Assembly: GCA_964645795.1 (NCBI GenBank)
Contig: CAZYCL010000006.1
Coordinates: 73,939 to 137,938, forward strand
Direction of reading: 5' to 3'
Length of the DNA stretch: 64,000 nt
From: an uncultured Planctomycetales bacterium
GTDB taxonomy: Bacteria; Omnitrophota; Gorgyraeia; Gygaellales; Profunditerraquicolaceae
A model generated the notes under the pieces. It made no database searches. It was not told the origin of the DNA and worked only from the letters and a program-made list of their open reading frames with translations. Made by a program: the position numbers and the translations under genes. How positions within the stretch are numbered: position 1 is the stretch's first letter; the number at the start of each line of letters is the position of its first letter. This document shows positions 55,568 through 64,000 of the stretch, in pieces.

Positions 55568-56802
55568 CCAGAGTAAGAAAATTCTGGAAAGAGTTCCTTA
55601 TATTCCTGTCCATAATGGGGCCGGGTATAATTACCGCCAACGTCGATAACGACGCCGGCGGCATTACCACTTATTCGGTGGCCGGAGCGCACTTCGGCTA
55701 TTCGCTTATCTGGTCGTTTGTGCCGATCATCATCGTCTTGGTGATCATCCAGGAGATGTGCAGCCGCATGGCCGTGGTCACCGGCAAGGGGCTTGCCGAT
55801 CTTATCAGGGAGGAGTTCGGCGTAAAGGTGACTTTTTACGCGATGATCGTCCTGATATTCTCCAACCTCTTTAACACCATAGCGGAGTTTGCCGGCATTG
55901 CCGCCAGCGCCGAGTTGTTCGGCATGAGCAAATACGCGCTTGTCCCGGCCTGCGCGGTATTCATCTGGTGGCTTATAGTCAAAGGCACCTATAAGAGCGT
56001 GGAAAAGGTATTTCTTGTTGCCTGCCTGTTCTACGTTACCTATATCATATCGGGGTTTATTTCTGCGCCGGACTGGAAAGAGGTGGCCGAAAGCTCTATT
56101 AGCCCGAAGATCTATTTCGACAAGGCGTATCTGGTGATGCTTATGGGGGTTATCGGAACGACCATCGCTCCCTGGATGCAGTTCTACCAACAATCCTCCG
56201 TCGTGGAAAAAGGCATAAGCCTCAAGGATTATAAGTACAGCAAGTGGGACGTGATCGTCGGCGCATTCGTGGTCAATATCGTAGCGGTCTTTATCGTCAT
56301 CGTCTGCGCCAACACCCTTTTTAAGAACGGAGTGCGTATTGAAACCGCAAAAGATGCGGCCTTGGCCCTGAAGCCGCTGGCAGGCCATTATTGTTTTTAT
56401 CTTTTCGCATTCGGCCTTCTTAATGCCTCAATATTCTCCGCCTGTATCCTGCCGCTTTCCACCGCCTACTCGGTCTGCGAAGGAATGGGCTGGGAGGTGG
56501 GCGTCAACCGCCGTTTTCGCGAAGCCCCGCAGTTCTATTCGCTTTATACGGCGCTAATTGTAGTGGGTGCTGCGATCATACTTATCCCCGGGATTAAGCT
56601 TATTCCCATAATGCTCATCTCTCAGGCGGCAAACGGCATACTCCTGCCGTTCGTGCTTATCTTTATGCTGCTTTTGGTAAATAACAAACGCCTTATGGGC
56701 GCCCATACCAACTCCCGTCTTTATAACATTTTCACGGTCGCCACAGTCATCGCCATGATCGGGTTATCCATTGCCCTGTTCCTGGCGGCTTTTTACGGTT
56801 AG
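55564..56802 (+). CDS. NRAMP/SLC11-family transporter with a non-canonical metal site (candidate NRMT-like Mg2+ transporter)
   Basis: The NRAMP TM1 region is GPGIITANVDNDAGG, where DNDAGG replaces the canonical DPGN. The TM6 region is IAPWMQF, where the canonical MPH has Met changed to Ala. About 11 TM helices. Confidence 0.8.
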   Translation: MTRVRKFWKEFLIFLSIMGPGIITANVDNDAGGITTYSVAGAHFGYSLIWSFVPIIIVLVIIQEMCSRMAVVTGKGLADLIREEFGVKVTFYAMIVLIFSNLFNTIAEFAGIAASAELFGMSKYALVPACAVFIWWLIVKGTYKSVEKVFLVACLFYVTYIISGFISAPDWKEVAESSISPKIYFDKAYLVMLMGVIGTTIAPWMQFYQQSSVVEKGISLKDYKYSKWDVIVGAFVVNIVAVFIVIVCANTLFKNGVRIETAKDAALALKPLAGHYCFYLFAFGLLNASIFSACILPLSTAYSVCEGMGWEVGVNRRFREAPQFYSLYTALIVVGAAIILIPGIKLIPIMLISQAANGILLPFVLIFMLLLVNNKRLMGAHTNSRLYNIFTVATVIAMIGLSIALFLAAFYG

Positions 56803-56815
56803 AGGTTTACGGATC

Positions 56816-57661
56816 ATGGACGCAAGAAAGAATACCATAAGAGATCTGATTTCCCTTAAAGGAAAGCGCAAGCTCACGATGCTGACCGCTTATGATTATC
56901 CCTTTGCCTCACTCGTTGACCGCTCCGGGATCGACATGATACTCGTCGGAGATTCCCTGGCAAACGTGGTGCTGGGCCTGGATTCCACGAATCAGGTCGG
57001 GATGGACCAGATGCTGCATCATGCCAAGGCAGTTACCCGCGCCGTAAAAAAGGCGCTGGTGATAGGGGATATGCCTTTTGAATCGTATCAGCTAAATCCG
57101 CAGGACGCCGTTAAAAACGCCGCTAAATTCATTCGCGAAGCCGGTTGTGATGCGGTCAAGGTTGAATGGTTTGACGAATGTCTTAAGGTCTGCGCCGGCA
57201 TCGTCAAGGAAGATATTCCTGTTATGGGCCATATCGGCCTGACCCCCCAGACCGCGGATAAGCTCGGAGGCTTCAAAGTCCAGGGCAAAGAAGCGGATGC
57301 TGCCCGCAGGCTCATCAATGAGGCCGTGGCCTTGGAGGATGTCGGGTGTTTTTCGCTGGTGCTGGAGTGCGTGCCGGACAAGCTCGCCGAGATCATTACC
57401 GCCAAGCTTAAGATCCCGACTATCGGCATCGGCGCCGGCCCTTATTGTGACGGGCAGGTGCTGGTGATCCACGATATGCTGGGGTTATTTGACCGTTACA
57501 AGCCGAAGTTCGTCAAACAGTATGCGGATATATCCGCTGCGATCCTAAAGGCCCTGGCTGATTATAAAGACGATGTCATCGGGATGCGGTTCCCGGCCAA
57601 AGAAAACAGCTTTGCCATAAAGGAAGAAGAGCTCCAAAAGATCAAAAAGGACAATGCATGA
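56816..57661 (+). CDS. panB: 3-methyl-2-oxobutanoate hydroxymethyltransferase
   Basis: TMLTAYDYPFA and ILVGDSLANVVLG are KPHMT motifs. Confidence 0.85.
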   Translation: MDARKNTIRDLISLKGKRKLTMLTAYDYPFASLVDRSGIDMILVGDSLANVVLGLDSTNQVGMDQMLHHAKAVTRAVKKALVIGDMPFESYQLNPQDAVKNAAKFIREAGCDAVKVEWFDECLKVCAGIVKEDIPVMGHIGLTPQTADKLGGFKVQGKEADAARRLINEAVALEDVGCFSLVLECVPDKLAEIITAKLKIPTIGIGAGPYCDGQVLVIHDMLGLFDRYKPKFVKQYADISAAILKALADYKDDVIGMRFPAKENSFAIKEEELQKIKKDNA

Positions 57662-58392
57662 GGGGTGCGGCCCGTAAGCCTAAAGGCGGTTTCTTGACTT
57701 ATGCGTATGCATCGGTACTCCTGGCACTGGCTTTGTTATTCATAGCGAAGTTTGCCGGACCGTCGCTGCTCAGGCTTTACATCCAGGGCGGCCTGGGGGA
57801 TTGCTCGAAAATGACGGTTTTTTGCAAACTCCCCTGGGAGAGCTTCGATAACGCCGCGCCTGACGGGGAGTTTATCGATAGCTGTATCGATTACGACTTC
57901 CCCAAGATGTCGGCTCTCGCCCCAAGGGGTTTTTCCGTCGTACACGAGCGGATAACCAGGGTCCCCCATAAGAAAAAGGTTGACCGCAAAGACGACTCCA
58001 TAATATATTTTTATCACGAAGGGCCGGATTTCTTCGTCAACCTTTTCCCCCAGGTCAAGAAAACCGGGATCAGCGATGATTACAAATTCATAGAAAGGGT
58101 GATGAATGCCCGTTTTAACGAAATCTCCACCATTGCCGACGCCTTTTACGTCATAGTCAAGGGGGTATTTACCCCTGACCTGGGCAAGGACCAGGCGCAG
58201 ATCCGGATGGCGCGCTTTGCCATAGCCGGCAAAAAAGGGTTTATCAATTACAGCCTTGGCACCGAAGCCAACTTTTTTGATTGCAACGTGATTGACAAAA
58301 GCGGGTACTTTAAGGTTTATATAAAGGATAAAGGCAGGCAGCTGGACATCAACAAGGTCTTATTCATTGTTTCTACCCTCAGAGGAAAATAG
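57658..58392 (+). CDS. Hypothetical membrane-anchored protein
   Basis: An N-terminal TM helix and no recognisable domain. It is translationally coupled to panB. Confidence 0.35.
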   Translation: MRGAARKPKGGFLTYAYASVLLALALLFIAKFAGPSLLRLYIQGGLGDCSKMTVFCKLPWESFDNAAPDGEFIDSCIDYDFPKMSALAPRGFSVVHERITRVPHKKKVDRKDDSIIYFYHEGPDFFVNLFPQVKKTGISDDYKFIERVMNARFNEISTIADAFYVIVKGVFTPDLGKDQAQIRMARFAIAGKKGFINYSLGTEANFFDCNVIDKSGYFKVYIKDKGRQLDINKVLFIVSTLRGK

Positions 58393-58446
58393 GCATCCGG
58401 GAATTCCCTTGACTTTTAATTTGTCTTGCGCTAATAATAAAAGGCT

Positions 58447-59766
58447 ATGGAACAGGGCTTGATAGAAAAGATCGTATCGCTTTCCAAGCGAAGGGGTTTT
58501 GTCTTCCAGTCATCCGAGATCTACGGGGGTTTAAGCAATACCTGGGATTACGGCCCCTACGGGGTAGAGCTTAAGAACAATATAAAGCGGGCATGGTGGA
58601 GGTCGGTGGTCTATGAACGCGACGATGTATACGGGCTTGATGCGGCGATCCTCATGCATCCCAGGGTCTGGGAGGCCTCCGGTCATGTCGAGAACTTCTT
58701 TGACCTGAAGAGCGACTGCAGATCGTGCAAGAAACGTTTCAAAACCGAGGACCTGAAGGGCGCCGATAAGTGCCCGGAGTGCGGCGGCGAGCTTACGGAA
58801 TCAAGGCCTTTTAACCTGATGTTTAAAACCTACCAGGGCCCGGTAGAAGACGCCGCTAATGCGATATATCTGCGGCCCGAGACCGCCCAAGGGATGTTCG
58901 TGAACTTCGCCAATATCCTGGATTCGCGCCATCCCAAGCTTCCTTTCGGCATGGCCCAGCTGGGAAAATCATTTCGCAACGAAATAACCCCCGGTAATTT
59001 TACCTTCCGCACCAGGGAGTTCGAGCAGATGGAGGTAGAGTATTTCGTCAGGCCCGCTGACGCCGAGAGCGCGCACAGGGAATGGGTGCAGGCGCGCTAT
59101 CAGTGGTACCTGCGCCTGGGTATGGACAAGGATAAGCTGCGACTGAGGGACCACGCTAAGGACGAATTGGCGCATTATGCCAAGGCCTGCACCGACATCG
59201 AATACAACTTTTCATTCTCGGGCTCCGGAGCCGGATGGGGTGAGCTGGAAGGCATAGCCAATAGAGGCGATTACGACCTAAGGCAGCATGCGGAGTCCAG
59301 CGGGCGCGACCTGGTTTTTTTCGACGACGCGACCAAGGAAAAATTCTTCCCCTACATTATCGAGCCTTCGGGCGGAGTGGACAGGAGCGTTCTGGCTTTT
59401 ATGATGAACGCCTACTGCGAAGAGAAGGTAAAGGATGAAACGCGGGTAGTCATGAAGTTCCATCCCGACCTGGCTCCGGTCAAGGCCGCGGTGCTTCCTT
59501 TGCTGAGGAACAGGCCGCAGCTGGTAGAGATGGCGCGCAAGATCGCCGCCGACCTTAAAACGTTTACCGTGGCGGTCTACGATGATACCGGCGCCATCGG
59601 CAAGCTCTACCGTCGGCAGGATGAGGTGGGCACGCTTTTCTGCATCACCGTTGATGTGCAGTCGCTTGAAGACAAGCAGGTGACCGTCCGCCACCGGGAT
59701 TCGATGCTCCAGGACCGTATCAGCGTTGACAGATTAAAGGAATATTTGTTAGAAAAGCTTAATTAA
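58447..59766 (+). CDS. glyQS: Glycine--tRNA ligase (homodimeric alpha2 type)
   Basis: Class II GlyRS N-terminus (IYGGLSNTWDYGPYG), a zinc-ribbon insertion, and an anticodon-binding C-terminus. Confidence 0.85.
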   Translation: MEQGLIEKIVSLSKRRGFVFQSSEIYGGLSNTWDYGPYGVELKNNIKRAWWRSVVYERDDVYGLDAAILMHPRVWEASGHVENFFDLKSDCRSCKKRFKTEDLKGADKCPECGGELTESRPFNLMFKTYQGPVEDAANAIYLRPETAQGMFVNFANILDSRHPKLPFGMAQLGKSFRNEITPGNFTFRTREFEQMEVEYFVRPADAESAHREWVQARYQWYLRLGMDKDKLRLRDHAKDELAHYAKACTDIEYNFSFSGSGAGWGELEGIANRGDYDLRQHAESSGRDLVFFDDATKEKFFPYIIEPSGGVDRSVLAFMMNAYCEEKVKDETRVVMKFHPDLAPVKAAVLPLLRNRPQLVEMARKIAADLKTFTVAVYDDTGAIGKLYRRQDEVGTLFCITVDVQSLEDKQVTVRHRDSMLQDRISVDRLKEYLLEKLN

Positions 59767-59915
59767 CACCTGTTGCCAAGAAGATAGATGTTTGTTGCCT
59801 GTTAACGTGTCAGGGGTTACGTGTTTTTCGCTAGAACACGCAACACGAAACGCGTAACTCAAAACAAAGATTTCTTTTTCGCGACAGCAACACGAAAAGG
59901 AGGGTTTTAAAGGAA

Positions 59916-62666
59916 ATGGCAAAGAAATATGTTTACTCCTTCGGCGGAGGAAAGGCCGACGGAAACGAAAGCATGAAAAATCTGCTGGGCGGCAAAGGCG
60001 CCAATCTTGCAGAGATGGCAGGGCACAAGGCGTTGAGGCTTCCCGTTCCGCCCGGATTCACCATAACCACCGAAGTCTGCACTTATTACTACCAGAATAA
60101 AAAGAAGTATCCCGCATCCCTTAAGGCTGAGGTGATCTCTGCCCTTAAGAAGGTGGAAAAGCTTATGGGAAGGGATTTCGGCGATCCGGAAAATCCTCTG
60201 CTGGTATCCGTCAGGAGCGGAGCGCGTAAATCCATGCCCGGGATGATGGAGACGGTATTAAACGTCGGGCTTACCGCCAAGACCATCCCCGGCCTGATAA
60301 AGCAAAGCGGCGGAAATGAGCGGTTCGTTTATGATGCATACCGTCGCCTGATCATGATGTTCTCCGACGTAGTCATGGAGAAGGCCGCCGGCATCGAGCC
60401 CAAAGACGATCAGGGCATACGCAGGCAGCTTGAGCGTATTATGGATGGGCTGAAGAAATCAAAAGGCTACAAGAGCGATACGGACATGAACACCGATGAC
60501 CTCAAAAAGCTCTGCGCCGATTTCAAGGTAAAGATAAAAGAAGTTTTAGGCAGGGAGTTTCCTGATGAGCCGATCGAGCAGCTCTGGGGAGGGATCGGTG
60601 CGGTATTCGCGTCATGGAACGGCAAACGCGCCATCTCCTACCGCCGCATCGAAAACATCCCGGATGAGTGGGGCACCGCGGTAACCGTACAGACTATGGT
60701 CTTTGGCAATATGGGTGATGATTGCGCCACGGGAGTGGCATTTTCGCGTAACCCCGGTAACGGCGAAAACAAGTTTTACGGCGAGTACCTGGTCAATGCC
60801 CAGGGTGAAGATGTCGTCGCCGGCATACGCACGCCGGCACCGGTCAACGAAGACTCAAAGTCCGAGCACAACAAAGGCCTGACCAGCCTCCAGATGTTGA
60901 TGCCCAAGCTCTACAAAGAGCTTTATGAATACCGCAATCGCCTTGAGAAACACTATCACGATATGCAGGATATAGAGTTCACCATTGAAAAGGGCAGGCT
61001 TTTTATGCTGCAGTGCCGCGTGGGAAAGAGGAATGGCCCTGCGGCAGTGCGCATGGCAGTAGAGATGGTTGGCGAAAAACTGACCGACGCCGCCACGGCC
61101 GTGATGCGCGTTACTCCTGCTCAGCTTGATGAGCTGCTGCATCCGGTGGTAGACCCTAAGGCAGAGGCTGCCAATAAGCCCCTGGTCAAAGGTCTTCCTG
61201 CCGGTCCGGGAGGGGCCTGCGGCCAGATAGTCTTTTCCGCTCATGACGCTGTAGAGTGGAGGAAGAACGGCAAAAAGGTCATACTCGTGCGCGAAGAGAC
61301 CAACCCTGAAGATGTCGAGGGTATGCGCGCGGCTGAAGCCATACTTACCGCCCGCGGCGGCATGACTTCGCATGCGGCGCTGGTTGCCCGCGGCTGGGGA
61401 AAATGCTGTATCGTAGGCTGCGGCGCGCTCCACATTGATTACGGCAAAAAAGAGATGCACGTTGAAGGCGCCAAGGTTTTCAGGGAAGGCGATTGGATAA
61501 CCCTTAACGGCACCAAGGGCGCGGTTTATGAAGGCCAGCTTCCCATGATGGATGCCGGCGAAGAGAATAAGATACTCAATGATTTTCTTAAGATGTGCAG
61601 CCGCATAAGAAAGCTGGGCATCCGCACCAACGCCGATACTCCGGAAGATGCCAGGAAAGCCAGGCAGTTCGGAGCCGAAGGCATCGGTTTATTCAGGACC
61701 GAGCATATGTTCTACGGCAAAGGCTCTGACCAGCCGCTGTTCTTATTAAGGAAGATGATCGTCTCTAAGACCCTTGATGAGCGAAGAAGCGCATTGGATG
61801 AGCTTTTCCCGTTCGTAAAGCGGGATGTCAAAGGCACGCTTGAGGCGATGGACGGATTCCCGGTGGTCTTTCGTCTGCTGGATCCTCCATTACATGAGTT
61901 CGTCCCGCGCGAGCACTCAAAGCTCGAGGAGCTGGCAAAGGACCTGAATATCTCGATGGATGAGCTAAAGGCTCGCGCCGAAGGCCTGCATGAGTCAAAC
62001 CCCATGATGGGCCATCGCGGAGTGCGTCTCGGCGTCACTTATCCCGAGGTCAGCTCCATGCAGATCCGCGCCATATTTGAGGCCGCGGCAGAGCTGATCA
62101 AGGAAGGCAAGAAGCCGTATCCCGAGATAATGATACCGGTTGTCTGCGACGTAAAAGAGCTGGATGACCAATTGGAGCTGGCAAAGAAGGTTTACGCCGA
62201 AGTCCTGTCCAAATACGCCATCAAGGCCATAAAGCATATGTTCGGTACGATGATTGAGATTCCGCGTGCAGCCCTGACTGCAGGAAAACTGGCGAAGACC
62301 GCGCAGTTCTTTTCTTTCGGGACCAATGACCTTACCCAGATGACGTTCGGTTTCTCGCGCGACGACATCGGGGGTTTTGCTCCCGAATACCTGAAGAAGG
62401 GGATTCTTGCCGAAGACCCGTTCCAGTCGGTTGACCAGGAAGGGGTAGGGGAGCTCATTCAGATCGGTATCGCTCGCGGCCGCGCCACCAATAAGAAGCT
62501 GGAAGTGGGTATCTGCGGTGAACATGGCGGAGAGCCGAAGTCTGTAGAATTCTGCCATAAGGTAGGCATGGATTACGTCAGCTGTTCGCCTTTCCGCGTG
62601 CCGATCGCCAATCTTGCGGCAGCGCAGGCGGTGCTCAAGAATTGCAAGTGTGCTAAGAAAAAATAG
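59916..62666 (+). CDS. ppdK: Pyruvate, phosphate dikinase
   Basis: ATP-grasp N-terminus (GGKGANLAEM), a phospho-His domain (GGMTSHAALVARGWG), and a PEP-utilising TIM barrel. Confidence 0.9.
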   Translation: MAKKYVYSFGGGKADGNESMKNLLGGKGANLAEMAGHKALRLPVPPGFTITTEVCTYYYQNKKKYPASLKAEVISALKKVEKLMGRDFGDPENPLLVSVRSGARKSMPGMMETVLNVGLTAKTIPGLIKQSGGNERFVYDAYRRLIMMFSDVVMEKAAGIEPKDDQGIRRQLERIMDGLKKSKGYKSDTDMNTDDLKKLCADFKVKIKEVLGREFPDEPIEQLWGGIGAVFASWNGKRAISYRRIENIPDEWGTAVTVQTMVFGNMGDDCATGVAFSRNPGNGENKFYGEYLVNAQGEDVVAGIRTPAPVNEDSKSEHNKGLTSLQMLMPKLYKELYEYRNRLEKHYHDMQDIEFTIEKGRLFMLQCRVGKRNGPAAVRMAVEMVGEKLTDAATAVMRVTPAQLDELLHPVVDPKAEAANKPLVKGLPAGPGGACGQIVFSAHDAVEWRKNGKKVILVREETNPEDVEGMRAAEAILTARGGMTSHAALVARGWGKCCIVGCGALHIDYGKKEMHVEGAKVFREGDWITLNGTKGAVYEGQLPMMDAGEENKILNDFLKMCSRIRKLGIRTNADTPEDARKARQFGAEGIGLFRTEHMFYGKGSDQPLFLLRKMIVSKTLDERRSALDELFPFVKRDVKGTLEAMDGFPVVFRLLDPPLHEFVPREHSKLEELAKDLNISMDELKARAEGLHESNPMMGHRGVRLGVTYPEVSSMQIRAIFEAAAELIKEGKKPYPEIMIPVVCDVKELDDQLELAKKVYAEVLSKYAIKAIKHMFGTMIEIPRAALTAGKLAKTAQFFSFGTNDLTQMTFGFSRDDIGGFAPEYLKKGILAEDPFQSVDQEGVGELIQIGIARGRATNKKLEVGICGEHGGEPKSVEFCHKVGMDYVSCSPFRVPIANLAAAQAVLKNCKCAKKK

Positions 62667-62685
62667 AAGTAACTCGTTGCTATTT

Positions 62686-62757
62686 GTCACCACGTCACCA
62701 AGTCACCACGTCACCGGTTTTAACGGGTGAGGTGGTGACAGGTGATCCGGTGACCGG
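62686..62757. repeat. GTCACC/GGTGAC palindromic element (family G), copy 3
   Basis: GTCACCACGTCACCAAGTCACCACGTCACCGGTTTTAACGGGTGAGGTGGTGACAGGTGATCCGGTGACCGG. Confidence 0.8.
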
Positions 62758-62779
62758 TTGTCTATAACTTAAGAGGACT

Positions 62780-63583
62780 ATGGAAGCCCTAAAATCCTAT
62801 CTGAAGGAAATCAGGCATATACCTTTGCTCACCGCAAAGGAAGAGGTGGAATTAAGTAAGCGCGCCAGGAAAGGCGATGAGCAGGCGCGCAAGAAGATGA
62901 TCCGGGCAAACCTGCGCCTGGTGATAAACATCGCCAAGAGGTATACCCATCTGGGCATACCTCTTCTGGATTTGATCGAAGAGGGTAACTTGGGCCTCAT
63001 GAAGGCGGTGGAGAGGTTTAATCCGCATAAAGGCTTCCGGTTTTCTACTTACGCGGCCTGGTGGATCAAGCAGGGTATTACCCGTTCGATAACCGAGCAG
63101 GGCAAGATCATCCGCGTGCCGGTTTACATGAACGACCTGATCTCCAGGTGGAAGAAGACGCGCGAGCAGCTTTCTCAGAAGCTCAAGCGTCTTCCTACGG
63201 ATCAAGAGATAGCCAAGAGGCTCAAGCTCACCAAGGCCAAGGCCGAACATATCAACTTCTGGATGTCCAGCTCTACTTCTTCCCTGGAAGCTCCCATCGG
63301 AGAAGACAGCGAAAGCCAGGTATCGGACCTTATTGAGGATGAAGCCGCTGTTTCGCCTGATGCCACCATCGAGCATATGATGGACAAGGAAAGAGTGGCC
63401 AGCCTCCTGGAGAATATGAGCGAGCGCGAGAAACAGGTCCTGGACATGCGTTTCGGCCTTACGGGCCACAAGAAGCCTCATACCCTGGCGGAAGTGGCAG
63501 ATGAGCTCAAGGTCTCGCGCGAAAGGGTGCGCCAGATAGAAGAAGCGGCGCTCAAGAAGCTGCGTAAATTCGCCCAGGAATAG
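62780..63583 (+). CDS. RNA polymerase sigma-70 family factor (RpoD/RpoS-like regions 1.2-4, no region 1.1)
   Basis: Region 2 DLIEEGNLGLMKAVERFNPHKGFRFSTYAAWWIKQ, and a region 4 HTH near the C-terminus. 267 aa. Confidence 0.8.
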   Translation: MEALKSYLKEIRHIPLLTAKEEVELSKRARKGDEQARKKMIRANLRLVINIAKRYTHLGIPLLDLIEEGNLGLMKAVERFNPHKGFRFSTYAAWWIKQGITRSITEQGKIIRVPVYMNDLISRWKKTREQLSQKLKRLPTDQEIAKRLKLTKAKAEHINFWMSSSTSSLEAPIGEDSESQVSDLIEDEAAVSPDATIEHMMDKERVASLLENMSEREKQVLDMRFGLTGHKKPHTLAEVADELKVSRERVRQIEEAALKKLRKFAQE

Positions 63584-63635
63584 ATTCAGTTAGGAAGCTT
63601 TCAGTTAAGAGGCTTCAGGAATAGGAGAGGCGGTA

Positions 63636-64000
63636 ATGGCACTGAAGAACAAGTTGGAGTCCTATGTAAGGAACATTCCCGATTTTCCCAAGCCCGGCAT
63701 CCTTTTCAGGGACATCACCACCCTTCTTAAGGACAAGTCGGCTTTTAAGGAGGCGGTCAGCCTCATATCCCGGAAATACAAAGATAAAAAGGTCGATTAC
63801 GTCGTAGCGGTTGAAGCAAGGGGTTTCATACTGGGCGGGGCAGTTGCCGCCAAAATTGGCGCAGGGTTTATCCCGGTGCGCAAAAAGGGAAAGCTGCCCT
63901 GGAAGACAAGGTCAGTGACTTATGAGCTTGAGTACGGAACCGATACTCTCGAGCTACATGAAGATGCGGTAAAAGAGGGCGACAGGGTCCTGGTCATCGA
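63636..64000 (+). CDS. apt: Adenine phosphoribosyltransferase, 5' part (runs off the window)
   Basis: [14 protein letters not shown] and VVAVEARGF are PRTase motifs. Confidence 0.8.
   Translation, partial: MALKNKLESYVRNIPDFPKPGILFRDITTLLKDKSAFKEAVSLISRKYKDKKVDYVVAVEARGFILGGAVAAKIGAGFIPVRKKGKLPWKTRSVTYELEYGTDTLELHEDAVKEGDRVLVI

Noticed and set aside
55468-56388. 306-aa minus-strand ORF antisense to the NRAMP gene
   Set aside because: His/Asp-rich low-complexity translation overlapping a clear transporter. Spurious.

Overview
This 64 kb window is a chromosomal stretch of a moderately GC-rich bacterium. Several features suggest an uncultivated or deep-branching lineage: an archaeal-type cofactor-independent phosphoglycerate mutase, a compact ThyA-like enzyme, an AspRS lacking the GAD domain, a dimeric GlyRS, PPDK, and a short sigma-70. 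About 60 genes are packed tightly, many with 4-nt ATGA stop/start overlaps, and almost all lie on the + strand. In order they are: ftsH (3' end), folP, cdaA, pdxJ, acpS, nnrD, a tRNA cluster (Thr, Tyr, Gly plus degenerate tRNA-Gly fragments and duplications), a thyA-like gene, a PilZ protein, gpsA, tRNA-Pro, a second PilZ protein, hom, thrC, coaB, a nucleotidyltransferase-fold protein, TPM, LemA, apgM, cstA, lysC, cimA/leuA, valS, nadC, a DUF3108-like protein, uvrB, coaX, a minus-strand SGNH hydrolase, groES-groEL (sigma-70 promoter plus a perfect CIRCE operator), a third PilZ protein, a CBS-less IMPDH/GMPR-family gene, a B12-binding radical SAM gene, guaA, dnaE, a minus-strand MoxR/DUF58/DUF4129 operon, HU, hisS, aspS, a LysM lipoprotein, phoH, pgpH, ybeY, recO, panE, a TPR protein, polX, apbE, a soluble MgtE_N/CBS protein translationally coupled to a non-canonical NRAMP transporter, panB, glyQS, ppdK, a sigma-70 factor, and apt (5' end). 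I found no integrase, phage, plasmid, CRISPR or recognisable defence genes. The unusual content is:
- four families of short palindromic or tandem repeats (GTCACC/GGTGAC hexamer blocks, including two in-frame insertions inside valS; a 41-nt GGGGACGGTTCTGGGGAC palindrome; a GGCACCTTGCC hairpin; and a 46-nt element sitting at tRNA 5' ends);
- a rearranged tRNA-Gly locus;
- the split MgtE-sensor/NRAMP pair, which looks like a candidate modular Mg2+ transporter.
Everything is read from the sequence and the ORF track. No searches were run.
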